DNA of 64,000 nt from Octopus sinensis (lineage: Eukaryota). Where the stretch lies: NCBI RefSeq assembly GCF_006345805.1, contig NC_042999.1, positions 126,356,001 through 126,420,000 of the forward strand. Reading direction: 5' to 3'. Below, one piece after another: positions 11,846 through 25,380 of the stretch. The translations under genes and the position numbers were made by a program. Under the pieces are notes generated by a model. The model ran no database searches. It had not been told where the DNA came from and worked only from the letters and a program-made list of their open reading frames with translations. The number at the start of each line of letters is the position of its first letter. Within the stretch, counting starts at the first letter, position 1.

Positions 11846-14355
11846 TCACATGCCACCATTTTACATACACACACATATACTCCCACAGAGTTGAAATGCA
11901 CCCACTACCAGTTTGCCATCACCCCTTCCTTCTTTATTCATCTATCACCCCTTTCTTTCTCATTCATATGTTGTGACGGAGAAAAACACAAGAGTATTAT
12001 TATAGATGATCAACTAAAAACAGAAAATTGGAAATTGGTGGTTGCTGGGAGATATGTTAACTTCAGTGGCCAGTCATAACTATTACATTGACATAGAAAA
12101 TAACGGTATATTTTGTAAACCCTCCTTGCATATCCATAATATATTCCAGTAACTTTGAAATTTCCGCAGAAATCGCACTGATGACCATCGCACTGAATGG
12201 AGTCAAACAGTATATTTATGTTATTATGTTCTCATTTAATTGGACAGAATAGGCAATGAGGTGCACGACTTTTCATTTCTGTTATACAGAAGAACTCTTT
12301 CAAACTTCGGTTTGATGAATCAATGCAAAGACGCCAGTCAGATGCTATCTGAGTCTGAGACAAGTTGATAAGTAATCTTTGATGTGACTGCAATAGCAGA
12401 GTGGAACATCCAGTGCCAAACATGTTGTCCATTAATTATAATTTTGCTTTCGACAACGACTTTTTCACACAGAAATTGACGATAAAAGGCATAAAGAGCA
12501 AAAGATCTAGTTGCTATAATTGTTGTAATACGAACCACTTTCAGAACTAGAAAAACTAGGCAAGAAAACAAGAAAGGAAAGCAAGGAAGATCAACCAAGG
12601 TAACAACAAGAACCACGAACCGCAGTTTCCGGAGCACCATCAGTCAAAACTCCAGGAATGGCAAGAGAAATCGCTTTATGCCTAGTCCTATAAAGAAGCC
12701 CACTAACAATGTCAACCTGCTGTGCAGCTCCATTATTGAATCGTACAGTGAAAAAGAAATAATAATTGTTGAAGAAAATGGACATACTATCGAATGAGAC
12801 ACAAAAGAAAAATGAATTTTTTTCAAAAACAAGAAAATTCAGGGCAAAAACCTAAAATTGGCGAGGCAGATGTAACTTCAAAACACAAATATTAAGGAAA
12901 ATACTGAAGTTGGAGAGGGGTACGAAGAACTGAAATTCACCGTCCTTCGAAAATCAAAACAACTAATAGAAAAAAAAAACTTGATCTGTGGTGACATATA
13001 TATTCTGATGAAGTAAAAATAACACAAGCACAGTTGAGTTTGGAATATAGACAACATGCAAAAGATAAAGATTGTGAACTTGGCCTTCATTCCCTCTGAA
13101 GACCGATAAAATAAAGTATCATTCAAGTACTGGGTTAAATGGATCAACTAATCCCTGACCTCAAAATTGCTGGTTTTATACTTAAGTTAGAAATAAGAAT
13201 TTTATTATAAGTTTTGTTACTTTTACTGTTGTTGTTTCAATTACTACTATAACTGTCTTATGCATTACTAAAAGAACTCACAGTTTAGTCCATAACTCAT
13301 ACATGCTCACACACACGCCCACATTCCTGGTACACTAATGCGTAGGTCTCTGGATAAATGTGTGTGTGGTGGTGGGGAGGGGTGATTTAATGATTCAGTG
13401 TTTCTATTTCATACGACATGACATCAAACAATGTAAAAAAATGCATTTTGTTTTCATAATCTTTTAACGATTATGTTAGACCAGTCGGCCAATGTTGCCA
13501 TGTCACGGTGTAGTGACATATTTCATAATACTTATTTTGTGCCCGAATAAAATCATCATCATTATTGTGAGGGAGACGAGTTGACAGAATTATTAGCACG
13601 CTGAACAAAATGCTTAATGACCAATAGAATTTCGGCACTCTTGCAAATATACTTCTTATGTCTCACAAGGAAGAAAACATGTAAAATGAAAAAATATATT
13701 GTTTAAAACAATTTATTAAATATAGGAATAAAGTATCTATTTAATCAATTTACATTTTTATCCCCATTTATTTCGAAGACCCAAAACATAAGACGCTGCG
13801 TCGATACCGGCTAAACCTTCAGCCGATCTTGCTAATCAACGTCACCTTATTGGTTATGAAGCCCTGATGCAGAACTAGTTTTTATGTACCGTTTCTAGGA
13901 AAAGTTACACTGAAGTGTGTTCCCATGCCTTCTCCGGGTTACAGGATAGTTTGTACTCTTCTCAGAAGATAGCTTACGTATTTATCAAATATTTGACACT
14001 ACCACGACTTATGCCGATGAGTTGACTGTATTCTATGGTACCTTCTTGTATCTAGATAGACTGAGCTACTTGAGGCACATAGGATTGTCGGTGATAAAAA
14101 ATGAACATTTTAAATTTCAACTGGTTTAAATACTTCTTTTTTTTACTCAGCCATCTAATTTAAAAGCACTACAAGTCAATAAGAGAATCTCCAAGTGGTT
14201 GCTGGACATGCTAAAAATAGCAACCAGTTTTAGAAAATTAATGACATAACGGATATCATACTTCCAGATAGATGAAAAAGGCGAGAAGTCATTGTACGGA
14301 GGAAATATATCAATGTATAGACAAACTAAAAACATACGTACATATATACATACAT

Positions 14356-14930
14356 AGGCGGCGAGCTGGCAGAATCGTTAGCACGCCGGGCGAAGTGCGT
14401 AGCCGTATTTCGTCTGCCGTTGCGTTCTGAGTTCAAGTTCCGCCGAGGCCAACTTTGCCTTTCATCCTTTCGAGGTCGATAAATTAAGTACCAGTTACGC
14501 ACTGGGGTCGATGTAATCGATTTAATCCGTTTGTCTGTCCTTGTTTGTTCCCTCTGTGTTTAGCCCCTTGTGGGTAGTAAAGAAATAGGTATTTCGTCTG
14601 TCTGAGTTTAAATTCCGCCGAGGTCGACTTTGCCTTTCATCCTTTCGGGGTCGATTAAATAAGTGCCAGTTACGCACTGGGGTCGATATAATCGACTTAA
14701 TCCGTTTGTCTATCCTTGTTTGTCCCCTCTGTGTGTAGCCCCTTGTGGGCAGTAAAGAAATAAGAAACGTTAACACACTGGGCAAAATACTTAGCGGTAT
14801 TTCATTTGTTTTTACCTTCTGAGTTCAAATTCCCCCGAGGTCGACTTTGCCTTTCATTCTTTCGGGGTCGATAAATTAAGTATCAGTTGCATACTGGGGG
14901 GGTTGATCTAATCGACCGGCCTCCTCCATC
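14356..14930 (+). mobile_element. SINE-I trimer
   Basis: Units at ~14356-14586, 14587-14761 and 14762-14930. The first two end in tail a; the last starts a tail-b-like end. Confidence 0.9.
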
Positions 14931-14992
14931 AGGTAGATGCATAGAGTAGAAAAGAATAGTGAATCTCTATTTTAAAGATCAGACAAGACCTG

Positions 14993-15106
14993 CAATGGAG
15001 CACTGTTTCCACAATGGAGTACTGTTTCCACAATGGAGTACCGTTTCCACAATGGAGTGCCGTTTCCACAATGGAGTACAGTTTCCACAATGGAGTACAG
15101 TTTCCA
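14993..15106. repeat. 19-bp minisatellite x6 (caatggagtac(t/c/a)gtttcca)
   Basis: Six contiguous units with no spacers. Confidence 0.95.
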
Positions 15107-15127
15107 CATCTGGGACAGCATTTTTTC

Positions 15128-15322
15128 ACCATCATCGCTTGACAACCGATGTTGGTGTGTTTACGTCCTCGTAAACACACCAACATCTTTTACTTTTCAC
15201 AAAGCTTTGATTGGCCCGAGACTACAATAATAGCCACTTGTCTCTGGTACCAAGCAGTGAGACAGAAACAGGAACCATGTGGCTTTGAAGCAAACTTCTT
15301 ACCACACAGCCGCGCCTGCACC
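15128..15322. mobile_element. Rearranged SINE-III with a fold-back junction
   Basis: Plus-strand SINE-III 3' part runs to 15169, then the sequence switches to minus-strand SINE-III ending in the head (cttaccacacagccgcgcctgc). A perfect 18-bp hairpin lies at 15148-15187. Confidence 0.8.
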
Positions 15323-15734
15323 TGTTTTTTAAAGAGGTATGCATTACATTACATACAATACGTACCTATGTGATATGTATATGACATGTTTTGTATTAAA
15401 AAATAATCAATCGATGTTGGTCAATTTGTTTGTTGATCAAAAGTTTTCTCTATTTTCTGTTTATTTAAATTTAATTCCTGATAAACTTTTGTTTATTCTG
15501 TTGTTACCTGCACCCTATCAGCATAGAGTGCCTGCATACCCATGCCCGGGAATAGTATTGGTAGTTTGAGAGCGATAGTAAGTACGGATACTATTATCCC
15601 TTAGACAGTTATTACAACCGCTAACTCTGCTTATGTTGTATGTGGAGTCATATTTGTAGAAAATAGAAATAAACAGTCTTTGACTGCTATTTCTGGTTTT
15701 TCGGTATGTGGCTAAGCAACCTGTTGCTTGCCCC

Positions 15735-15777
<43 letters not shown>

Positions 15778-15941
15778 ATATATATCTATATATATATATT
15801 ATATATATATTATATATATATATAAAGAACTTTTTTTTTTAAAGTTCCGATAATGGTTATATTTACATACCGAAATCTACCCGAAAATAATTGTTGGTTT
15901 TTTTAAATTAATAATTATTTACCCTTATATTATATCATATA

Positions 15942-16036
<95 letters not shown>

Positions 16037-17804
16037 AACCAATCGGCTTGAAAAGGTGTTAAGATATTAAGATATTTTCTTAACATGAAAGCAATGGTAC
16101 CCTTAATACACAAATAAAGAAATTTTATCCACCAATACGGTGTTGAGCATGTGTACGTACGCATGTGTATGTGCTTGTGCGCAGATTGGTTACCATTTTA
16201 TTGTATATCAATCCCCATAAAAATTATCAGTTTCTGGTCTGTTAATTCATATATTTGAACCGGTGACTTTAAAAATGTATTACCACGTCTTTGACGCCAT
16301 TTCTAAATCGCGGTGATCATTCGGCGAGATAGGATGACAAGATGATCTATGTATATTATCTTATTCTTTTGATCTACTACCGAGACACTTGTTTCAAATG
16401 AGCCGCTATTGGGAAGGAAGTGTTGGGGGGGGGTGAGGAGCCGAAGGAGTGGTAGAAAGAGAAATAAAGAGAAAATAACAATTAGAAGGAGAGGAAGAGA
16501 GAGAGATAATTTTATAACACATATCTAGAAAGACATGGCCTATTTATTATAAGATTTGGCTTTAAAGCAAAATAGTTCGTTACGTAATCCTCACTTCTAC
16601 AACTTAGCTTTTCTAGTATGATTTTATGTAATGTCCATGTCTTTATGCTTGTTTATTTGTGTCCCAACTTATACATCTTGCTCTGTATTTCTCTTTCTGT
16701 CTACTCTGTCTCTTCTTACACAAAACTTTAGTATTCAACGCCAAATATTACAACCTCACTCCATACACACTTACATAGAGGTGAGGGAGAGAGCCCAATG
16801 CCCACTTACACAGATCAATAAAACGTCATTCATTGATGCAAAACTAATAAGCCACTTTTTCAACTCGGATCTCCTCGCCGTTGTTCATTAAAGCATGAGA
16901 TGTTTCGGTGCAGCGAAGCAGCTTAATTACATGAAAATTAACTCTGCTCCGTTTCACCACTAGTTATAGCGAAAAATCTATCTCAAGCTAACGACGAAGC
17001 CTTTAAATGTTCGCTCGTTCTACTAGAAATATACACCAAATCTCACTCAAATAACACACTCTCTTCTTAAATAAAGAGAACGGATACATTCAGTAATACA
17101 CTCATAGTTTTACTATATACGAAAATAAGACATGATTGTCACGAATGGAATGTCGTTGATTGAAATTCTGTTAAATCAAGACTGTCCTGGAGCTAAACAA
17201 AAAGCATGTATGTATGTATATATGTATGTATGTATATATGTATGTACGTATGCATGTATGTATGTATGTATGTATGTATGTATGTATGCATGCATGAATG
17301 CATGTATGTATGTATGAATGTATGTATGTATGCATGTGTGTATGTATGTATGTATGTATGTATGTATGTATGTATGTATGTATGTAGTATGTATGTGTGT
17401 ATGTATGCATGCATGTATGTATGTGCGCGCGTGTATGCATGTATAGAATGAAGTTGACGCCATTTTTTCTGGGGGTTTTTCTGTGTAAACGCTTCCACTT
17501 CTTACAACTAAGATTTTCCATACTTCAAAAACTTTCTACATTTCCTGGTTTAGTTTCATCCTATAAGTTTTCTATTATTTTGTCCTGTCCCATAATATTT
17601 TACATATTCATGCCTGGTTTTGGAAAACAAGAGGGAATTCGCGGTGATATTCAGTGAACAAATTAAACACACTACCCGGCAGTGGCTAAAACGCAAACCG
17701 ATCAAGTTTATGTATAAATATTCTTTTTAAATGTTTGTTTCATTTTACACAGTATTAAAATAACGGCTAAAAATTTTCTGAAGCAGCACCACCACTAATT
17801 TTAT

Positions 17805-17820
17805 CTACGAGCCGCCACTG
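17805..17820 (-). mobile_element. Isolated hAT-like terminal inverted repeat (CAGTGGCGGCTCGTAG)
   Basis: Resembles CAGTGGCGG-type TIRs; partner not found. Confidence 0.25.
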
Positions 17821-19544
17821 ATCAGTGTACATATTGTGAATTTTCTTCAATCGGAAATCGAAAAAAGTTTGCCGCTACATTTTGCAGCGGTTTACTTTTC
17901 GCACTACAGCACTCGGCTAACAATGAGTAAATTTTAATGACATGAATATACCCTTACGATCTTTGGTTCTAAAGTTCTCTGTAAACATATACAATTCAAT
18001 GTTACTCTATATCAGTTAATATAGACTAAAGTATTCTCTTAGATACACACAAACTGGTTGTAACTTCCTGTTTTACTGTCTGTTAATACTTCTCTGTTTT
18101 TCTTGTTCTCTGCTTGTCTTTTCATCATTAAACCTGTTTATATGCAGTAGCCAACTTCAAACTATATTTACATTGCAGTTTCTTATCGTTAACTTTTTTC
18201 TCCTTCTAAATAGCAAGCCTTCTCTCATTTCAGTTAAGATCCCTTCCCAATTAAAGATTCAGCATCGTCTATTTTAGCCTACTACTATGGAATAATACTC
18301 TACAGATATTCGACCTAGGCGTCAATTCTTCCCCTACTCTGTAACTGGGTATGAAATCAAAAGAAGAAATTTAACCCTAGATTATGAATTATGCTGATCC
18401 CATTAGTTTCATCACCGCAAACATTACCACATTCACAACCCCTAATATCACCATTACACTCTCACTATCATATCCAGTATGAATCTACATCAAAATTTCT
18501 TTCATCTCCGTTGCAGTACCGACGTAGCGGGCCAACATCTTCACCTGCTCCTTGATATTGTAACTGTGTTTACATTGATGATATTCTCGATAAATATTTT
18601 GCTATTCTGCTGACTTTATATACTGGTACCAGTTTTCTCTTAACCAGCTTATCCTTTGCACTACAACTTTTCATCATCCCAGTAGATTACAGTAAATGTT
18701 TGTTTAGCTGAGATAAGATGCATATTTAACAACGACGATTCTTTTACGATTTTTTTTACACAATTATAAATAAAATTATTTCTTCTATTCGATTAAATGC
18801 ATATAATTGTAATGGTTTTAATTACAATGAACCCCAGAAATATACTCTTCAGAACTGTATGAATTACCAGCAACAGCCCAATGTACTAAGTGAATATAAA
18901 CATTGGCAACCGGTCGTTTTAAGATGTTCAGCTCGTGGAAAAGGAAGAAGTGAATAGTGATTTCTAGCATTGAAACAAGGCCATTTACATTGTGGGGGGA
19001 GAGATGTGATCGACTATATCGATCCTGTATTTGACTAAAACCATATAATCCCATGTATAGTATTTTTATTTATCAAAATCAAAATTAAAATTAGATTTGG
19101 GCTGCGTATGACATATGTTATTAGACTGCGTATGGCATATATTATTCTCTAAGAGAATTTACATCCCAAAATCGAGATGTGTGTTACATATGGTAGCCTA
19201 CTATACATGGAATTTTACGGTATTTATGTTACTGAGCCTGGAAGAATGAAAAGCTGTCGATCTTAGTAGAATTCAAAGTCAGGCCGTAGGTTTGAATTTG
19301 AACTTCTCGAATATCGGATCTTTTTCGTTTTCTTCCAGCCACTTGAGGATTATTTTAAAATTTTCAATGTACCGTTTTCAAATTTTCCATACTGATGTAG
19401 TTTTGTATGCTGATGACGAAAATGGCATTTATTTTTCCGAAAAAAAAGGAAAAAGAAAGCAAGAAGTTAAAGACATTTAAATTTACGTAATTTTAACCAA
19501 TGAACTAAGTCTGATGTCCTCGCAAGCAGAAGTCGAAACTGCTT

Positions 19545-19558
19545 GTCGCCATGGCAAC
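19545..19558. promoter_or_regulatory. RFX X-box-like motif GTCGCCATGGCAAC
   Basis: Fits the GTNRCC-N(0-3)-RGYAAC consensus; no linked gene identified. Confidence 0.3.
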
Positions 19559-21145
19559 TTCACTCTATCGTTGCTTACCCACTGAACTGTATACAAGTTT
19601 TTTTTTGAATGAAAACAAAAAGGGAACGGTAAAAATTGAATGAAAGACGAATTATTGAAACTGAAAACATTATGGAACCTTTAATTTTAAAAAGAATTTT
19701 AAAAGGAATGAATAAAAAGGTTTCAGTTTTTTTTTTTCAAACACTAAAAGAAAATAATGATGAAATAGTGAATGTTTTCTGGTATTTGTTTTACATGGAG
19801 TGTAATAAAAGAAAATTAGCATCCTCTTCGTTTTCTTCCAATCACTTGAAGATTTATATCTATATACAATCTTATAATAATTCTGCTTGTTCCTCCGTTA
19901 CTTAGCCCGTCCGTAATGCTTCCACGTCATTTAGTTGACGGGGAGGGGGTTGGGGGAGGAGAGATAGGGGAGGGGACAGGGAGGTAGAGGTGGTGATGAG
20001 TCCTTGAAATATTCACGTGTCCCGCTAGTTAGAATGATAATATTATTGTCATAGTCATCGGTTTTGCTTTGGACTCACATAGCAATGCTTCAAACAAATT
20101 ATATTGCTATTTTACGGGCATGCTTCTTTTAACTTTTTGTTAAGCTCCGATTCAGGTCTAAACCAAGCAGAGTCACGATCAACTGTGTTCTAGACATCAG
20201 TATCTTGTGTGTCTCTAAGACATTGTGTAGCTATTATTAAAGGCCTTCATACTTTAGGCGAATAAAAATCAGGTTTCAGTTGTTGTGACATGCATAACCT
20301 TCTAATGACAGCAGTTTAAGAAAAAGAAATAGCTTCAGCCGGGCATCAATTTTTTCACGATCTCATTCGGCAGGGAGATATCTATTTTGGTACATGATGC
20401 ATTCCTACACATTAAATGCCAGTATTAAAGACTTGCTAGACGTTGATAAAATAATTACCAGTAATAAACTTCGGTCAATTCAAAGATAAGTCTTCTTCCT
20501 CGACCAGGAAAATCACATTAGATATATTTAAGTTCATATTGCCTATAGTGCAGAATAGAGAAGAATTAATACTTAGTTACTTTGTTTTACTTTCAAACCA
20601 CACCGGTGGCAAGTTTGCTTTCAAAAATATCATCAATTTAATCGTCTACATCTCCCCATCCTGCAAAATAAATAAATAAGTCTAAAATAATATAGTCGTG
20701 GTGTTGTACTTAATTTAGAAAGCATTTTTATTACAGCCTTAAATAGTAATGGATTGGGAGAGTCGTTAAAGCATCGAACAAAATATTTATTCTGGCTCTT
20801 TACATTCGGAGTTCAAATCCCGTCAACTTTTCCTTACACTTTCAAGGGCTGATAAAATAAGGTATAATTACTTGAGAGCTGATATAATCGACTGCTTCGC
20901 TCACGCCCACCAAATTTCTGACCTTATCCATTTCTTAAAAATTACTATTTAAAACTATAATACCCTATATTTTCATGCTTTTGATAAACTGATGAAAAAA
21001 ACGGAATCGCCAACATAACGTTTTGCTATGAAATAACACGAAAACAAATATCAAATAAAAAAAAGAAACAAAAACAATCTATGGAAGCCAAAGCGGGGAA
21101 TTTGATATTATATTCTTAATCCTGAAAGTAATGATCTTTATATCT

Positions 21146-22410
21146 TACTAGCAGCATAGCCCGGCGTTGCCCGGGTATGTAAGAGCCCCTAGTAGGCAAC
21201 GACTAATCCCAATCTAGTCCTTTCCCTCTCGGGAACGAAGGCGCATGTGTAGGTTGCAATGTCTTCTCTTCACTCGAATACTTCTGTGTATACGATGTTC
21301 CTAGCTGTCCCTTTGGGTGATAAAAAGGTCGAGTTGCGTCCCCTAGACAGTCTGTGGTTTGTGTTTAATACACAAATCGGTTTGTTATATGTGCCACATA
21401 TTGATTGATTGATTGATTCTGGTTTCAGCTCATGAGCTGTGGCCATGCTGGGGCACCGCCATTTGGTGTTGCTACATGGTTTTACTTCACGAAAGCTTTT
21501 TAGCAACTGCCATTTGGTGCATGAGAGAGTTCGATGCAGCTGCCCTCATCTTCACCTCCTGCCGTGAAGTTGGTTCATCTGGGATACCTGACAGGAAGAG
21601 ATCCAGTTTCATTTTAAAGACATCTGCATCCACCCCATGCAGGTCTCTTAGGTTCTTCGGGAGGATATTGAAGAGCTGTGGGCCTGGGAAGCCCAGGCTA
21701 TCACAGTATCTTGTCCTACATCTTGATGGCAAATTTGGAGTCCTAAGCACCACGCAGTGGCGCCCAGTTCTGGCATTCGTGTAACTCTCGATGCCAAAGT
21801 TTGGGACAAGTCCCTCCAGGATCTTCCAGATGTATATTATGGCATATCTTTAATTAATATGATTTAATTAATCGATTTTTTCCAGTAATAACGTATCCTA
21901 TTGGAATAAAAAGGGCCATATGGCTCCTTGGAGCAGACATGATGCTCGCTGTGAATTTTAAAAAAAATTCCTGCCATTTTGTGAAAGATATTGTCGAAAA
22001 TATGTCATCTTGAATTTGAATGCGATTTCCCAAAATGGTATGATTTTATCGATTTTTTCTGATGGTAAGGTATTGCATGGAAAACTAACATCAGAATTAA
22101 GTTCCTTAGGGTAACATTAAGCTTTACCATGAGTTTAGTGAAAATCGATTGCAAGTTGCGAAAACTACAACAGAAAATGTGTTGCATATAAAAATCTTAG
22201 ATTCTCGACCCCGTGTCAAATTTATCGATTTTTTTCAGAACTGGGGGAACTTTTCAAAATTTCCGCGGCGTTAGTTTAGAATTATGACATTGGGCTATGT
22301 GTATGTCAAGTTTCATCAGAATCGGTTGAAAGCCGTGGTCAGGGTGAGGGTACAACCTGACAGACACAAGACACACAGACAGACAAACTGCCGTTTATAT
22401 AGGGAGAGAT
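21146..22410 (+). mobile_element. Helentron-type (DINE-1/HINE-like) non-autonomous element
   Basis: 5' end TACTAGCagcataGCCCGGCGTTGCCCGGG. 3' end aagtttcatcagaatcggttgaaagccg..acagacagacaaactgccgtttatatagggagagat. T-rich flanks. Confidence 0.6.
21400..21832 (-). mobile_element. CR1/L2-group LINE 3' fragment (ORF2 C-terminus, 3' UTR, (AATC)n tail), nested in the Helentron-type element
   Basis: ORF 21487-21753: GPQLFNILPKNLRDLHGVDADVFKMKLDLFLSGIPDEP..AASNSL. Same family as 31845-32290. Confidence 0.8.
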
Positions 22411-25023
22411 TTCTTGCAATATTTTTTTTTCTATATCAATGAAGTAAAGAGTAAAGCGTTTGGTGTGTACACCAATGCTAATCCTTCTTATTGTTGTTTA
22501 GCCCCGAAGCAAGCTCCTGGTCAAGAATAATTACGATCAAAGGTGTTCCATCCGTGATCATTACATCTTTTATTCAGACACAGTGCATCTAAGACTACAC
22601 TATTTAATGTTTCCTTTGGTCCGTATCCTGTTTACTGTTATATAATAAGAGAAAAACAATTACTGCATCAAGGTCACTGGATTATATTTTTTACAGTAGA
22701 TATTACGACATGCAAACTTGCAAACTTGCAACTATGGTTTTACTAATGCAGCAGAAATGTGTACTAAGTCATCTGAAATAAAATTGATGCTTTCCTGTTA
22801 TTATATAACAACAATCATCGTTTTAACGGTGTTTCTTCTTAATTATTTTATGCACCGAAACAAAAATTGATGTACGAGGAGAAAAAAACGAAATCGCAGA
22901 CATAACGTTTTTCTATGAAATAACACGAAAACAAATATAAAATAAAAAGAAACTAATCTCAACGAGAGACTATTACTATGTTGTTTGTTAAAACATGTTA
23001 TATCATCGCTTCAGTGCTGTTCAAACAGCAGCTAAATCTCGCTTAAATTACACCCTACAGTCTAAAATAAAGAAAAAACATATTAGTTAACATTCTAAAT
23101 TTCTAATGGGGGTTCCTCTTAATTAGTCGCTGTACCGCAACAAATACTGAGGCGAGAGGACATATACATTGATAAAAAGATCAGACGATTACGGTTGGTG
23201 TACCTTTAATCTTAAGTCTGTTCGCTTAAGGTTGAACTGGAGTTAAACAATGTCGATGACATCAGCATCACCAACAATATTAATTGCAGTAACATCATAT
23301 CAAACCCAGCTATCTTAAATAAAGGAACAGTACGTTAGGTAACGTAGTCTTAGTGGAATCCTAGGAGCGTCGGACAAAATGCCTTGTGTTATTTGTTCCA
23401 TCCCTTAAGGACCTGAGTTCGTCTGCAGTGACACAGTGATACCGCGCGCTATCAGCATTTTCCTTTTCCTTGGACGTCCTTAAGGCTGTAAAGAGGAAAG
23501 ACTTACGGCATGGGTAACAGGGGGCCTTCTGTAAAACATCGCTTGCCCAGGTTGGCGCCCTAGAAGGGAACTTTTCAGGTGCAGATACAAGGTCAACCCT
23601 TATCAAGGAATGGCTTTAAAAACTTTATGATTGCCTGTATATACATATGTATGTGTACATATATATTAATATGTGTGTGTATACAACTATATAATGCGTG
23701 TGTGAGTGTGTGTGTGTGTGTATGTGTGTGTGTGTGTGTGTAAGTAAGTATGTAAGTAAGTATGTATGTAAGTAAGTATGTATGTAAGTAAGTATGTATG
23801 TATGCATGCATGTATGCATTTATATAACCAAAAAGTCGGGAAGTATGAAAGCAGAGTATATATGTATTTGACCTCGTGACTTCAATGGGATTACGGCCGT
23901 ATCGCAACCTTTTTTTTTATGTAGTATTAATATTTTCAGTAACTAGTATGTTCAGTATTACACTATAAAATCAGATCACAGAAACTTAATGCTTACACCA
24001 TGTTTATTCCTTTCTATATATACACACAAAATTTCGGCTTTATCCATATAATGTATGGACGGCCAAAACTGGACAAAAATTGATTTGGTCAGTAAAAATA
24101 ACGATACATTGCTTCTCATCAATTGAGTTAACCCTTTAGTATTCAGATTGCTCTGTCAAATGCAATGCTTATTCATTGACATCATTTTAAATTAATCATA
24201 TCTTGTGATTCCGATGGCATGGCTGTATATAATTAGAATGACATTGTAGGGTAGTTGTGAGAGCATCTCGCCAGTTTGAATATAAAACAGGTAGAACATT
24301 TGGGCCTGATACAGCCTGTTTAAATGCTAAAAGGTTAAATTGCTTGACAGGAATTTAAGGAAATGACTATCTTTAATGTAAATGAAAAATAAGAAATAGG
24401 AAGTGGACGTAAGAATAAAAGAAGAAAAATAGCTTAGAAATATATATTACATAAATTTAAATAGAAAAAATGAATTTTTAGCCAAAGTAATAATATAGAT
24501 GGAGAAATGGGGGAACGAAGCAGCTGGAGATTTAAAGATTCCACAGAAATCACTCATGAATGACAGGTCAAGTAAAACCAAGGGATAATATTCAACAATA
24601 ACAAAACTCAATAAGGTCACAAAATCTCGGAGAAATCATTTAAATTTTCAAGAAATTTACTCACACATATAATTAAATCGTCAAAGCTGAACAGATACTA
24701 GTCACAATATTAGAGAGATTGTATAAGATTATTGTTTGTGTAGCAGGCGATGAAATTCTTACATTCTCTTGATTTCCTGTAATATTCAGATCGCTTAATG
24801 GTCCCGGCAGATAAAATGGAAAAGGCGTTGCCCCGGATGATGGTGAGAGAAATGCGCTGGAACAGCCATTTTGAATCACAGGGCTCGCACTTGACATTTA
24901 CACCCCGGTAGTAGTGAACAAGGATATGGTCTGGGAGGCGAGAAGGCCAGAGGGCTCCACAGTCATAAGCTCGACCATAAACCTGCCAAGCGACTATCAA
25001 ATCACACCTCAAATATACTCACT

Positions 25024-25204
25024 AGACGAGATACTTAGCAATATTTCTCCCGTCGCTACGTTCTGAGTTCAAATTTTGCCGAGGTCGACTTTGCCTTTCA
25101 TCCTTTCGGGGCCGATAAATTAAGTACTAGTTACATACTAGGGTTGATCTAATCGACTGACTCCTCCCCAAAATTTCAGGCCTTGTGCCTATAGTAGAAA
25201 GGGC

Positions 25205-25262
<58 letters not shown>

Positions 25263-25288
25263 TATTATTATTATTATTATTATCATCA

Positions 25289-25348
<60 letters not shown>

Positions 25349-25378
25349 TATTTTATATTATTATTATTATTATTTGTT
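25024..25378 (+). mobile_element. SINE-I, 5'-truncated, tail b with a long (ATT)n
   Basis: Body plus ccaaaatttcaggccttgtgcctatagtagaaaggg, then (att)n. Confidence 0.9.
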
Positions 25379-25380
25379 AT

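Noticed and set aside
14993-15106. CRISPR-like array
   Set aside because: The units are contiguous with no spacers, there are no cas genes, and the context is eukaryotic.
15840-15930. Island in (TA)n with CCGATAA..GAAA
   Set aside because: G8 is lost and there is no stem III. It may be a decayed PLE end but cannot be supported.
19507-19552. Hammerhead-like CTGATGT..GAAACtgcttGTC
   Set aside because: A9 is missing, stem II does not pair and stem I is only 2 bp.
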